Positions 54,854-64,000 of a DNA stretch of 64,000 nt are shown in pieces. Below the pieces are notes generated by a model. It had not been told where the DNA came from, searched no databases, and saw only the letters and a program-made list of their open reading frames with translations. The number at the start of each line of letters is the position of its first letter. Positions within the stretch are counted from its first letter, which is position 1. This DNA is from a virus. Position numbers and translations under genes: made by a program. Where the stretch lies: the IMG/VR virus record IMGVR_UViG_3300045988_132725; one strand, given 5' to 3'.

Positions 54854-54900
54854 AATATATACTTTGTTTGGTTGTTTATGAAAGAATAGAGGGGATTTTA

Positions 54901-54965
54901 GAAAAAAGTTTGATTAAAATATATCTCTTGACTAGTCATGCTGTATTCCTAATCAAGAGATATAT
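54901..54965 (-). terminator. Terminator of the AT-rich moron
   Basis: Perfect 13-bp stem ATATATCTCTTGA / TCAAGAGATATAT (54919-54931 / 54953-54965) followed by a T-rich tract on the minus strand. It begins 5 nt after the stop at 54971. Confidence 0.65.
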
Positions 54966-54970
54966 GTAGG

Positions 54971-55426
54971 TTATTTTATTTCCTTAGATATACTTAAACG
55001 ATATTGAAATTCATCTACCAATCTTTTAATGGCTTGCTCCATAGGATCTTCTATATCTAAAATATCTTTCTCGTAAATGATTTTATCAGAGATATCAGAT
55101 AACATCCAAGTTCCATATGGTGCTACACATGCTGAATGGGAGAAATAGCCCGTTAACATTGTGTTATCAATAAGAACAAATGGATGGAATAAAATGGTAT
55201 TACATTCAAATAGCTTGAATCTGTTTTGATCTTCAGCTTTTAAAGAATTTTTTATTGACTTAAACGCTTTGATATTAGTTCGTAATTCTATAAGTAAATC
55301 TTCTTCACTATATTCCCCTTTACGAAGAATACCCGCATAACCATTAAAATGATCATTATGAAACTTTACTAATTCTTCAGTAGGAAAAATTACATTAACT
55401 TCTGACTTGTCGTTCTTTTGAATCAT
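54971..55426 (-). CDS. Hypothetical 151-aa protein, second gene of the moron
   Basis: ORF overlapping the glycosyltransferase 3' end by 32 nt. AT-rich. No recognisable motif. Confidence 0.5.
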   Translation of the reverse strand: MIQKNDKSEVNVIFPTEELVKFHNDHFNGYAGILRKGEYSEEDLLIELRTNIKAFKSIKNSLKAEDQNRFKLFECNTILFHPFVLIDNTMLTGYFSHSACVAPYGTWMLSDISDKIIYEKDILDIEDPMEQAIKRLVDEFQYRLSISKEIK

Positions 55427-56822
55427 TCTCTTGCAAGTAATCTCCTGTTTTAGAATAATAAGGATAGATTATTGCGTCTAACCATATCCGTTTACAAGCT
55501 TTTTTCAATAAATGTGTTGAACCATAGTTCTCATGCGGTGTAACTACTTTTATCATATATCTAGAATTTAAAGGTTTTACAATTTCTTTTTCTCCAATAT
55601 CACAGAGGAAACTTATGCAGATTTTTTTCCAGCTATATTTTTTTGTTAGCATTTTTTTTAGGGATGTAGCATATTCTTTCCATTTTGATTGTTGATTATT
55701 GATAGTTTTAATGGCTTCACTGACATTTTCCAAGTCTTGTTGCGAAAATATTGTTTTTCCATCTCCTTTTATTTCTATTGGGTATACATATTTAGCGGCT
55801 TGGTTGGCAAAACTATCATCTAAAAATTCATATAAACCAGAATTTTTGGAAACAACCAAAGGAATACCAGCAGCAATAGCTTCCCAGCCAGCTAAACCAA
55901 AACCTTCATGGATAGAAAGCATAAGTGCGACAGTACTTCGTTTTAGCAAAGTAAAAATTTCTTCTCGATCCTCCTTATATGGGACTATATTATACAACGA
56001 TTGACCTTCTCCAAGATTAAAAATGTTTAATTGACTTGAAATATGATTTTTAATATCTTGAATCTTTGATTTATCAAGATCTTTTTCTAATCCTACTAGT
56101 TCTACTTTAGAGTCGTGATAGAAAGCTCCTTCTCCACATTCTAGAATAGCTTTCTTTAAAGCGCAAACCGTTAGGCTAAATAATTTAATATAGTCTGTGT
56201 TATATTCTAGTCTGCCTGTACATACCCCTATAAATTTATTAGGTAATTTTTGATTGCTTTTAATTTCAGGCAATCCCGGTATGAACATCTTACATTTGCT
56301 TTTCTGTTCATCATCTACAAGATCCATTGCTGATTTATACAATTTAGGACCTACACCAAAAATAATATCGGCATTACTAAATATTATTTCTTGCCTTGAT
56401 TTTTTATAAGATGATTTGTAAGGGTCAAAATTAATTTTAAACGGTTCATAGCTTTCATATGACATATGATGGAAAGCTATGAATTTACTGTTATACTCTG
56501 ATTGAAACTTACATTCATAGGCAATTTTTCCTGAAATTACATCATGCCCAATAAAGTAGTTCTTAGCATCTTCTCCATTAATAGATTTTAGAATGAATGG
56601 AACAAAGGCATCACTAAACTCTTGTGACTTTAGGTTTATAATTTTAATACCTTTGCCTTCTGCGTCTTCTAATCCTGCTTTGTCTATATTTAATACTACA
56701 CAATAAAGAGATAGATCTTCCAAATCCAATTTTGCTAGCGAACACAGTAAATCATAATTGAAAGAATTTATGCCTCCTTTTTGAGTACCCCATGAGTCTG
56801 TCAAAGAAATAATGTTAACCAT
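55395..56822 (-). CDS. GT-B fold glycosyltransferase (GT4/GT1-like) with an extra ~80-aa C-terminal region
   Basis: N-terminal GGINSFNYDLLCSLAKL (GG....La..L) and C-terminal HEGFGLAGWEAIAAGIPLVVS (E-x7-E sugar-donor motif). Start set at MVNIISL (ATG at 56822) behind a promoter motif. Confidence 0.75.
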   Translation of the reverse strand: MVNIISLTDSWGTQKGGINSFNYDLLCSLAKLDLEDLSLYCVVLNIDKAGLEDAEGKGIKIINLKSQEFSDAFVPFILKSINGEDAKNYFIGHDVISGKIAYECKFQSEYNSKFIAFHHMSYESYEPFKINFDPYKSSYKKSRQEIIFSNADIIFGVGPKLYKSAMDLVDDEQKSKCKMFIPGLPEIKSNQKLPNKFIGVCTGRLEYNTDYIKLFSLTVCALKKAILECGEGAFYHDSKVELVGLEKDLDKSKIQDIKNHISSQLNIFNLGEGQSLYNIVPYKEDREEIFTLLKRSTVALMLSIHEGFGLAGWEAIAAGIPLVVSKNSGLYEFLDDSFANQAAKYVYPIEIKGDGKTIFSQQDLENVSEAIKTINNQQSKWKEYATSLKKMLTKKYSWKKICISFLCDIGEKEIVKPLNSRYMIKVVTPHENYGSTHLLKKACKRIWLDAIIYPYYSKTGDYLQENDSKERQVRS

Positions 56823-56844
56823 GATACTTAGATTTAAGAATAAA

Positions 56845-56852
56845 CAAATATA
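56845..56852 (-). promoter_or_regulatory. Bacteroides-type -7 promoter element TATATTTG (TAnnTTTG) for the moron
   Basis: Exact consensus match 22 nt upstream of the ATG at 56822, on the minus strand. Confidence 0.45.
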
Positions 56853-56963
56853 GTGAATAGATGATAGATTATCCATGAATTTTCATTTATTCGACATGGT
56901 TATGTTTTATAACATGGAAATTTGTTTTGTTTATAGATTTGTAGTCTATCAGAGGGTTATAAA

Positions 56964-57000
56964 TAAAAAAAGGGGAAACAAAGTATATCTGTTTCCCCTT
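56964..57000 (-). terminator. Rho-independent terminator after the tail tube gene
   Basis: AGGGGAAAC / GTTTCCCCT 9-bp stem followed by T7-8 on the minus strand. Confidence 0.7.
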
Positions 57001-57015
57001 AATCTACTATTATAA

Positions 57016-57462
57016 TTATGTCCTAGGATCGATTCCTCCCGGATTAAGATCGAATTCCTTAGAAAGATCCGTGTCATCTTGTTTTGCTTCCATACCATCC
57101 TCAGAGAAGATACACTTCTGTAAGGTGGTTGTCACTGTTCGTCCGTCATCTGGATGTGCGAAATGAACGATCAAATCAAACTCTCCAAGTCCCATCAACG
57201 TACCATCCGGAGAAGCTTCTTGGAACATTACCTGCGTGGCGTAATCAAGCTCGATGGAGGCTGTGTATGTCCAATTGCCGTAACCTCGTGAGATTGGTTG
57301 GGAACCGATACCATAGTTGCTTTCTACTTTTCTTTTCCTTTCCCATTTTACGGCCTTGATTCCATAGATCGCCTCGGACGATGAGGCGAACCCGAAATTG
57401 ACCTCGATCATGGACCAATCATAAGCACGGCCATTAATAAGTGTCGTAGTACTATCTGCCAT
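57016..57462 (-). CDS. Tail tube protein
   Basis: 148 aa directly after the sheath gene. Beta-rich sequence typical of contractile-tail tube proteins. Confidence 0.6.
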   Translation of the reverse strand: MADSTTTLINGRAYDWSMIEVNFGFASSSEAIYGIKAVKWERKRKVESNYGIGSQPISRGYGNWTYTASIELDYATQVMFQEASPDGTLMGLGEFDLIVHFAHPDDGRTVTTTLQKCIFSEDGMEAKQDDTDLSKEFDLNPGGIDPRT

Positions 57463-57473
57463 ATGTGTTGTTT

Positions 57474-58757
57474 TTAAGCGTTAGTTAAAGCGAATCCTTC
57501 CTCTACGATGATCTTTGATGTCACGCCTACTGGAACGATTGCGTATGTTATCTTTAATGTATCGGTCAATAGAATGTTTTGGTTTGAAGAGACCAATACG
57601 CTATATCCGGAGATCTCGCTATTACCTTCCATCGTGCTTAGGATGTTCTTGACAACATTTTGGTATTTCTTGATCTCGATCTCAGCCAGATATCCGGTTT
57701 TAGGATTAACCAGTACAGGTGAGTTCAAATAGGGAAGGAGGGCGTTTCTAATCGCACGCCTTGATTTATCGATGGCTCTGTTTCTGGCGATGGTCCTATA
57801 ATCACCATTGGAGCAAGTCCTGTCTTTTGAGAAATAAGTACCATTTGCTCTTCCTGCGTATTTGATAGGGAAGACATATCCTTTTTCCTCAATCTCGTCA
57901 ATTTGTGCTGGAGCCAATGCCTCGAATTGCAACATGCTGACAAAATCCTCTCCAGTGTCGTTAAGTTCTATATTACCGAACCCGAACTCGATCTCGCTCA
58001 TATGTTTGGAAGTCAGGTTGAATTGGTTTACCCAAGCGATAGACTCACACACCTTTGCTTCCGCTACACAACCCAAGGCCACGCCTACGCAACCGATAGA
58101 AGAGTGCTTTGGGTTCTCGATTTGCATTTGTCTTAATAGCTCGGATTTACCTTGCCCTAACAATGCTGTCACACGTGGAAAATCTCCTATGCAAGATGGG
58201 ATCTTTACCAAATCAATGGTCTTGATAGATCCCGTGGAATCTGCGGATGTGGAGTTAGCTGTTAATAATACTGATAACGGACGGTGCTCGTTAGCTAGCT
58301 CTTCGGCGATCGTATTGATATCGGCCACTAGATTTAGCGAATAATCATCTTCTGAGCTGGATGCTACAGACCAAATGTTTTGTGATGTCCAGATTCCTAG
58401 CTGCTTAATATCTCCTTTAGCTACAGACTGGATGGTCTTGATTGCGTTCCAGTTCTTTGAGCAATCGGCGAACATTACATATAATGACCCATCCGGTTTC
58501 ATGCGGAAAAACTCTGAGATATGAAAATAAGGGATACCATAGAGAAAGTTTGATTTATCTTTTTCAAATTCAGTAATACCTAATGTCACAGCCTCGTTAA
58601 CGGAGAACAACTGGATAACGTCCCCGATTTTTACGTTAGAGGGCATCTGCGTATCGGTTGGGATGTCAAAGATCAATCCGCTGATATGATCGTTACCAAC
58701 AGAGGTTGGTGTGAGATTGCCGTCTTTTCTGATGAAAGATACTGTTCCTATTGCCAT
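57474..58757 (-). CDS. Tail sheath protein
   Basis: 427 aa, positioned between the head genes and the tube. Confidence 0.55.
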   Translation of the reverse strand: MAIGTVSFIRKDGNLTPTSVGNDHISGLIFDIPTDTQMPSNVKIGDVIQLFSVNEAVTLGITEFEKDKSNFLYGIPYFHISEFFRMKPDGSLYVMFADCSKNWNAIKTIQSVAKGDIKQLGIWTSQNIWSVASSSEDDYSLNLVADINTIAEELANEHRPLSVLLTANSTSADSTGSIKTIDLVKIPSCIGDFPRVTALLGQGKSELLRQMQIENPKHSSIGCVGVALGCVAEAKVCESIAWVNQFNLTSKHMSEIEFGFGNIELNDTGEDFVSMLQFEALAPAQIDEIEEKGYVFPIKYAGRANGTYFSKDRTCSNGDYRTIARNRAIDKSRRAIRNALLPYLNSPVLVNPKTGYLAEIEIKKYQNVVKNILSTMEGNSEISGYSVLVSSNQNILLTDTLKITYAIVPVGVTSKIIVEEGFALTNA

Positions 58758-58760
58758 GTT

Positions 58761-59054
58761 TTATTTTTTATGATAGGGATTTTGATATAAATGAGCGTTC
58801 GGGTACTGGATCGTATAAGCTCCACCCTTATTATCAATATAAAGTTCCTCGTATCCAGTGTACATTTTCAATATCTTGTTGATATTATCTGGAATGATCT
58901 GGGGAGTTGGTTCTTGAAGGGTCTTTAGGGGAGCGCTCTCTTCCATGCCTTCAATCTTATCGCCAGTCAGTTCAATGATTGGCGCTTCTTCTGTAATTGT
59001 GGTTTGCAGAGACTTTTCGGTAATCTCTTCCGCTTCTTTCTTGATTCTTGCCAT
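58761..59054 (-). CDS. Hypothetical 97-aa protein (head or neck accessory by position)
   Basis: ORF between the capsid terminator and the sheath gene. Confidence 0.4.
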   Translation of the reverse strand: MARIKKEAEEITEKSLQTTITEEAPIIELTGDKIEGMEESAPLKTLQEPTPQIIPDNINKILKMYTGYEELYIDNKGGAYTIQYPNAHLYQNPYHKK

Positions 59055-59071
59055 TTTAATATTATGTATAT

Positions 59072-59101
59072 AAAAAAAGGAGCGAGACTTGGCCTCGCCC
59101 C
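59072..59101 (-). terminator. Rho-independent terminator after the major capsid gene
   Basis: GGGGCGAG / CTCGCTCC stem (one G-U) followed by T7 on the minus strand. Confidence 0.65.
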
Positions 59102-59127
59102 TTATCGGTTTTGGTTATTGTTTGGTC

Positions 59128-60156
59128 TTATGCTTTGGCGGTCAGTTTATACGCTGTCCAAACTACGATCTCTGCCGGACGTACGATATTAACATCCATC
59201 TTCATTCTCATCTGGAAGAAGTATAGCTCAGAGTTGGCTTGTAAACGATCGATCTTCAATACCTCCGTATCATTGGCATAATCAACGCCCATCCATAAGT
59301 TAGAGTCCATTCCGGTACTGAAATTACCAAGAACGATAGTGCTCTCCGGAATGCCTACGATAGGAACGATTCTCTTACCCTTGAACATATATTTGTTGAC
59401 TTGGGTATTGTCGTTGTACTTGTATTGTTTGGATGTTACGTATTGATCATACAAGTCCCAAGAGGCCCAGTCCATGATGTAAACCAGATTGTTCTTTCTG
59501 ATCTGGTAAGGACATTTCTGCCACATCGTGTACATGGCAGATTCGATCTTCTCGCCAGTATCCAATTCTGTATTACCAGCCAATACCGCAGTTTCTCCAT
59601 TGATACTTTCCTTTAGGTTGGCCAAGATACGATAGATAGCTCCATCGAAATACTTATAGGAACCCGCTCCCAGATCAACGCCGTTTGTCGGTTTTGTCAA
59701 CGTATCCGTGATAGCCGCAGTTCCACCCTTTACGGATTGCCAAATAGCGTCCCCGATAAAGGCGTTCTTCTTGTCCATCAACAATCGTAACATCGTTGCC
59801 TGTACTTTCGGGTCAAGCTCACGGAATACTAAATTACCATCCGGTTGAGCGAACATCCAGTATTTCTCGAAGTCACGAGGATTGAACTCTAGATAAACCA
59901 TGAAATCCTTCGGTTCCAAATAACGTTCACGGAACGTGTATGTTCCTTTGGAATCTGTCGGGCTTGTTGGGGTTGGTTTGTTATCTTGGATGATCTCACC
60001 TAAACTTACGGAAGGAAGGGTGTATTTGTATTGGATACCACTCTTGATATGGATCAAACCCTCCTTATAGGTATCATTGCCTTGGGCGGTATAGGTCAGC
60101 AGGTCCTCTAGGACTTCACCTGCGTATGAGTTTTGTGCAAAAGTTACACTTGCCAT
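59128..60156 (-). CDS. Major capsid protein
   Basis: 342 aa immediately after the protease/scaffold gene and followed by a strong terminator. Confidence 0.7.
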   Translation of the reverse strand: MASVTFAQNSYAGEVLEDLLTYTAQGNDTYKEGLIHIKSGIQYKYTLPSVSLGEIIQDNKPTPTSPTDSKGTYTFRERYLEPKDFMVYLEFNPRDFEKYWMFAQPDGNLVFRELDPKVQATMLRLLMDKKNAFIGDAIWQSVKGGTAAITDTLTKPTNGVDLGAGSYKYFDGAIYRILANLKESINGETAVLAGNTELDTGEKIESAMYTMWQKCPYQIRKNNLVYIMDWASWDLYDQYVTSKQYKYNDNTQVNKYMFKGKRIVPIVGIPESTIVLGNFSTGMDSNLWMGVDYANDTEVLKIDRLQANSELYFFQMRMKMDVNIVRPAEIVVWTAYKLTAKA

Positions 60157-60187
60157 AAATTAATTATTAAGGTTTTAGTTATTGTTT

Positions 60188-61540
60188 TTACTTAAGTGAC
60201 CCAAAAGTGAAGTCCTTGCCAACGACAGCCTCTACCTGTTCGGCCATTTTAGCCTCTACCGTATGGACACTATCTTTCACTTTTTCCACATTATCCTTGT
60301 CGTTTTCAATCTCTGTGGAGATCTTATCTCTGGCTGGGATAGAATCCAACGTTGCCTTAGCCAAATCAAAATTCTTCATCGCCATGTCCATCCAGTTCTG
60401 TTTAGCTGAATCCTCGATCTTACCGGCTTGAATAGCGTCTTGGACCATAGATGCGATTTTCTGGTTCATAACCTCTTTCTCAGCATCCTTGTAAGTTTTC
60501 AATTCTGCTTTAACATTTTCTAGCTCTTTAGTCAGGTTCTGGTTCTTGGTGATCTCTCCCTCTTTCTCGATTTTCAAGGAATCGATAGTCTTGTTAGCCT
60601 CCGTTAATTTATTCTCGACACCAACCAATTCCGTGATTCGTGCCATGACTTGTGAGACCTCTGTTTTTTCCTTGAAACCAAGAGAAGCGACAACAGCACC
60701 AAAATTGAAATCAATAGTCTTGTTTTCTTCCATGTTATTTGTCTTGGTTTTATTTTCTACTTCCGTAGGTTCTTGTTTGTTTTTATTAAGATTAGAGATA
60801 CTATCATCTAAAGGTTTATTTACCTTATTTAGAGTGTCATTAAGCGATAGCTCATTGCAAACAGAGGTGATTGTGTTCTGGAGGATATGGCTGTCTGTAA
60901 TGCCCTCTATTGCGTTCTTGACTTTCTCTATTTTCTGTTTTGAGGTCTTTATCACGTTCTCCGCTGGGATGATGCCCGCCTTAACCGCATCTTCAGCCGT
61001 GAAGAACGTACCATCGGAATCTTCCTTGCCAGACATGATCTCCTTTACCTTGGTCTTGTTGAACCCCCATCTCTTCATGTAGATCATCTCGATCTGTTGC
61101 CGGAAGGCTTTCACGTAATCAGGTTCCTCGGTTTTGGCCTTTGTCTTGCATCCGTCTTCGGTGTTGCACTTATCGTCTTGATCGGAAGCAGTATTGAAAG
61201 GGTTGTGGACCATTAGGATCGCATAATCCCTCATTAGAGATTTGTCTCCTGCGGCCCAGATAATAGAACCCATAGAGGCGGCTAGACCCTCGTTTATACA
61301 TTCCGTGGGAATCGATGAGTTTCTGATCACTGAGAACATACTCATACCATACAAAACAGAACCACCTTCACTATTAATGAGGATCCTGATCTTGCTTGGT
61401 TTTATGTAGCTCTCTATCCATAAGAACTCTGAGTTGAATGCGTTGGCACTATACTCGTTTACGGCATCAAAGAATCGAATGTCGCAAACTTCATTGGTTT
61501 TGGCTTCTCCAACGACATATTTGAATTTTGTCGTATCCAT
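60188..61540 (-). CDS. ClpP-like prohead protease fused to a coiled-coil scaffold domain
   Basis: ILINSEGGSVLYGMSMFSVI...GLAASMGSIIWAAGDKSLMRDYAILMVHNP carries the S14 Ser and His motifs. The C-terminal 200 aa are a charged coiled coil. Confidence 0.8.
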   Translation of the reverse strand: MDTTKFKYVVGEAKTNEVCDIRFFDAVNEYSANAFNSEFLWIESYIKPSKIRILINSEGGSVLYGMSMFSVIRNSSIPTECINEGLAASMGSIIWAAGDKSLMRDYAILMVHNPFNTASDQDDKCNTEDGCKTKAKTEEPDYVKAFRQQIEMIYMKRWGFNKTKVKEIMSGKEDSDGTFFTAEDAVKAGIIPAENVIKTSKQKIEKVKNAIEGITDSHILQNTITSVCNELSLNDTLNKVNKPLDDSISNLNKNKQEPTEVENKTKTNNMEENKTIDFNFGAVVASLGFKEKTEVSQVMARITELVGVENKLTEANKTIDSLKIEKEGEITKNQNLTKELENVKAELKTYKDAEKEVMNQKIASMVQDAIQAGKIEDSAKQNWMDMAMKNFDLAKATLDSIPARDKISTEIENDKDNVEKVKDSVHTVEAKMAEQVEAVVGKDFTFGSLK

Positions 61541-61633
61541 CGTAAGTTGTTTTGGTTTAGTTTATTAAGATTAGCTGAAACTACGCTTGTTAGTTTTATG
61601 TCTCTTTAAACGTGGACTTTTGGATTTCAAAGA

Positions 61634-64000
61634 TCATGAAAGTACACGATTATAATTCCTATAGGTTACTTTAGAACTTGTATTTACAGGAAGCTCTATC
61701 ACTAGTTCAATTGTGTATATATCAATTTGAGTATTATTATTACCTGCTAATGAAGTATGGGTGGTGGTAAATATAAATGTTTCTCCAAAATTTATACCAC
61801 TGGTAAACCTATAGAACCCCAGTCCTTCAAACACATATAAAATAATGTTTCGTTTGTTTTCAAAGGCCGTTTTGATTTCATTATATCTAGCTTCTGTTAT
61901 AGTAAATGTTTGTTCTCCGGTTCCTCCAGAGATATCCAAATAATCAATAATATAATCAGAGCTGACAGGCTTATAGCTTCCGTTATCCATCAATGCTTTA
62001 GATCCATCACCGTTGGTTTTTAAAGTTAAGCCGCATGAGGTTGGATTATTTCCATCCGACACTACAGAAGAGATCGATAACCCATTACTGCCTCCGGCTA
62101 TCGTGCTTGCGTATGCGATCATGCTACATGCTTTTGTAGTCGCATCCACGGACATACCTACTAAATATTGAGGATATTGAGGTAATATACCGTTGATGAG
62201 CATATCAACGCTACTTGTTGTTCTTGTTATGACACCTTTGTCATAGCACATTCCTATACCTTCATTTATAAATTCTTCGGTTACGGAAAAGAAATAAGTT
62301 TTATCTATCTCTGGGGTAGCCGCAACCAATATATCCCATTCCGCTTGCGTGACCGTTCCCCCTTCACCTGCGTCTCCAATTCTTTTAAATATATCGCTAA
62401 CCCCCGGTTTTAACATCGTATTCACCGTGCTCCAATTACCTTTTCCATCAAGGAATTTCGTAGCGTCATCTGGTAGGACATTAACAATACCATTTTGCGT
62501 TGTTGAGACTTTTGGTAAAAAGCGATAGGTTCCGTCATTCGCTAAAAACATATCACTAGATCCATCTGTGGAAATAACACCGTTATCAGCGCTGCAAGCG
62601 AGCGTATATTTTGTATCTTGTTTTTGAATTTCTATAATAATATCTTTGGCATCTGAGTGTAATGAACCAAATATACATTGGGCAAATTCTGGGCCGTAAC
62701 ACAGCCCGTATACGCAATCTGCGGTTATATATACTCCGATATCCGCTTGGCTGTATTTTACCTTTATGCTTTCATTGTTTTTTATGGCATTCCAAATATC
62801 ATTGAATTGAGTTTCTGTTATGGTTTCTGGAGTTGTGCCCCCTACCATGTCGATATATTCTATCAATAAGCATTCTTTCTCCGGTGTATATCCCAAGGCT
62901 GATGTGATATTGCTTTTAGTTATGGAGATGGTGCCAGAGCTATTCGTTATGTTAGCACCTGTCTTAACACCACCCAGTATTGACCCTGTGGCTGTTGGTA
63001 GCGTATAAGTCGTATCCTTATAATAAGGGACACCTCCAATAATAGGACAAGTAGTATAACCTGAAACGTTGGTGACAGAAGAACCATTTTTTACCAAACC
63101 AGTGCTTCCATTAGCGCCAACCACGCTATATGTGGTGTTGTTATCCGCTCCCCATACAGCCGTACCATCTGAACCCCATCGAAGGATCTGACCGGATGCT
63201 CCACCTGCTGGGATATGTTTGTTTCCTGATGTTGTGGGATGAATGTAATTGTTCGCCCCTGTCGCTATGCCATCTAATTTATTCTTATCTGAGGCTGTCA
63301 TTAGTCCAGACTTAGAACCATTTGCTCCATTAATATAAAATGAGCTGTTGCTGGTTGCCCCACTACTGGAATTTATTTGATGTATGAGAAATTTAATCTT
63401 ATCCTCTTCATATTCTATTGATGGAGTTTGATCTATAACCCAACCGATTCTTGATAGTTTGTCTTTTTCGATTGTAGTATAATCATTAGCGCTTAACCCT
63501 TTTCCGGATACCTTATCAACTTTGTTTCCTAACGCTGTGTTTATAACCTTACTTTGCACAGGATTCGTACTTGTCGAGCTTAATGAGCTATCAACGGTTA
63601 TTGGGGACGGGATTTCGGGCAGCTGGGATAACGGAATCTTGCCGCTAACAAGATCTGCCTTTGTAGCTAACGCACCATCAACATAAGCCTTGTTGACATC
63701 GACAGTAGGGATAGTAGGTTTATTGGATAAGTCATTATAACTACCTGTTTTTGCGACATTGGATAATCCTGTTATCTCTGACGCTGAATAAGATGGCTTT
63801 GTGGCATTTTTTGCCCATGCGCTAACATCCGATGCTGGACGTGAGTCGCTTAATCTAGGATCATCTTTTTTGACATATGTTCCATCATGAGTATGAGATA
63901 CTATTTCGCCAGTAAGAACATTCTCAATGGTTTCTTTTGTTATCTCATTGCTTGATAATATTTTAATTTGCGTATTACTGATTACTTTATTCCCTTGTTT
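61634..64000 (-). CDS. Fibre-like structural protein, 5'-partial (frame open to the window edge)
   Basis: My translation upstream of the GTG at 63559 stays open to 64000. It reads ...LTGEIVSHTHDGTYVKKDDPRLSDSRPASDVSAWAKNATKPSYSASEITGLSNVAKTGSYNDLSNKPTIPTVDVNKAYVDGALATKADLVSGKIPLSQLP..., followed by KVDKVSGKGLSANDYT. All are classic phage fibre repeats. Confidence 0.7.
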   Translation of the reverse strand, partial: KQGNKVISNTQIKILSSNEITKETIENVLTGEIVSHTHDGTYVKKDDPRLSDSRPASDVSAWAKNATKPSYSASEITGLSNVAKTGSYNDLSNKPTIPTVDVNKAYVDGALATKADLVSGKIPLSQLPEIPSPITVDSSLSSTSTNPVQSKVINTALGNKVDKVSGKGLSANDYTTIEKDKLSRIGWVIDQTPSIEYEEDKIKFLIHQINSSSGATSNSSFYINGANGSKSGLMTASDKNKLDGIATGANNYIHPTTSGNKHIPAGGASGQILRWGSDGTAVWGADNNTTYSVVGANGSTGLVKNGSSVTNVSGYTTCPIIGGVPYYKDTTYTLPTATGSILGGVKTGANITNSSGTISITKSNITSALGYTPEKECLLIEYIDMVGGTTPETITETQFNDIWNAIKNNESIKVKYSQADIGVYITADCVYGLCYGPEFAQCIFGSLHSDAKDIIIEIQKQDTKYTLACSADNGVISTDGSSDMFLANDGTYRFLPKVSTTQNGIVNVLPDDATKFLDGKGNWSTVNTMLKPGVSDIFKRIGDAGEGGTVTQAEWDILVAATPEIDKTYFFSVTEEFINEGIGMCYDKGVITRTTSSVDMLINGILPQYPQYLVGMSVDATTKACSMIAYASTIAGGSNGLSISSVVSDGNNPTSCGLTLKTNGDGSKALMDNGSYKPVSSDYIIDYLDISGGTGEQTFTITEARYNEIKTAFENKRNIILYVFEGLGFYRFTSGINFGETFIFTTTHTSLAGNNNTQIDIYTIELVIELPVNTSSKVTYRNYNRVLS

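Larger units (their letters stand above)
109..64000. mobile_element. Prophage (left end and most of the genome) of a contractile-tailed temperate phage; the right end lies beyond the window
   Basis: Integrase lies next to a truncated host gene. The window then carries complete head, tail, lysis, packaging and replication modules. Confidence 0.85.

Noticed and set aside
1-64000. CRISPR arrays, rRNA/tRNA genes, transposases or IS elements
   Set aside because: No spaced direct-repeat arrays, cloverleaf-compatible sequences or transposase motifs were seen on either strand.

Overview
Positions ~109-64000 are the left part of a temperate, contractile-tailed prophage from a Bacteroidota-like host. 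The host assignment rests on TAnnTTTG promoter motifs, the integrase type and the lack of Shine-Dalgarno signals. Only the first ~108 nt look like host DNA: a 32-codon stump of a PIN/PhoH-like gene that ends at the junction. A tyrosine integrase (313-1548, +) and an AT-rich plus-strand cargo island (1.7-4.3 kb) sit at the prophage end. Everything else is on the minus strand. In transcription order it runs as follows. (1) Structural genes: fibre-like protein (open to the window edge), prohead protease/scaffold, major capsid, sheath, tube. (2) An AT-rich two-gene glycosyltransferase moron with its own promoter and terminator. (3) Tail genes: chaperone with a -1 frameshift site, tape measure, hub/spike/baseplate genes, giant fibres. 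(4) A ~0.7 kb ORF-free, apparently structured region. (5) Wedge genes and another fibre. (6) A replication and nucleotide-metabolism block: Rha, ThyX-like, stand-alone ATP-cone, NrdJ, gp32-like SSB, SbcCD, RuvC, ECF sigma, DnaB, primase, a DnaE polymerase split in two by a Pif1-like helicase cassette, dNMP kinase, DnaQ-like exonuclease. (7) terS, a lysis cassette that includes a DUF2829/Tad2-like gene, and a terL with two inteins. The most unusual observations are: (a) a terL intein with a complete HNH endonuclease gene overprinted in another frame; (b) a class-3-like intein in the terL P-loop; (c) the DnaE split at its catalytic aspartate motif; (d) the candidate large ncRNA in the tail module; (e) the glycosyltransferase moron and the integrase-proximal cargo genes. 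All calls come from reading motifs by eye. No database search, folding or composition calculation was possible, so family names are recollection-based and coordinates of non-ORF elements are approximate to a few nt.
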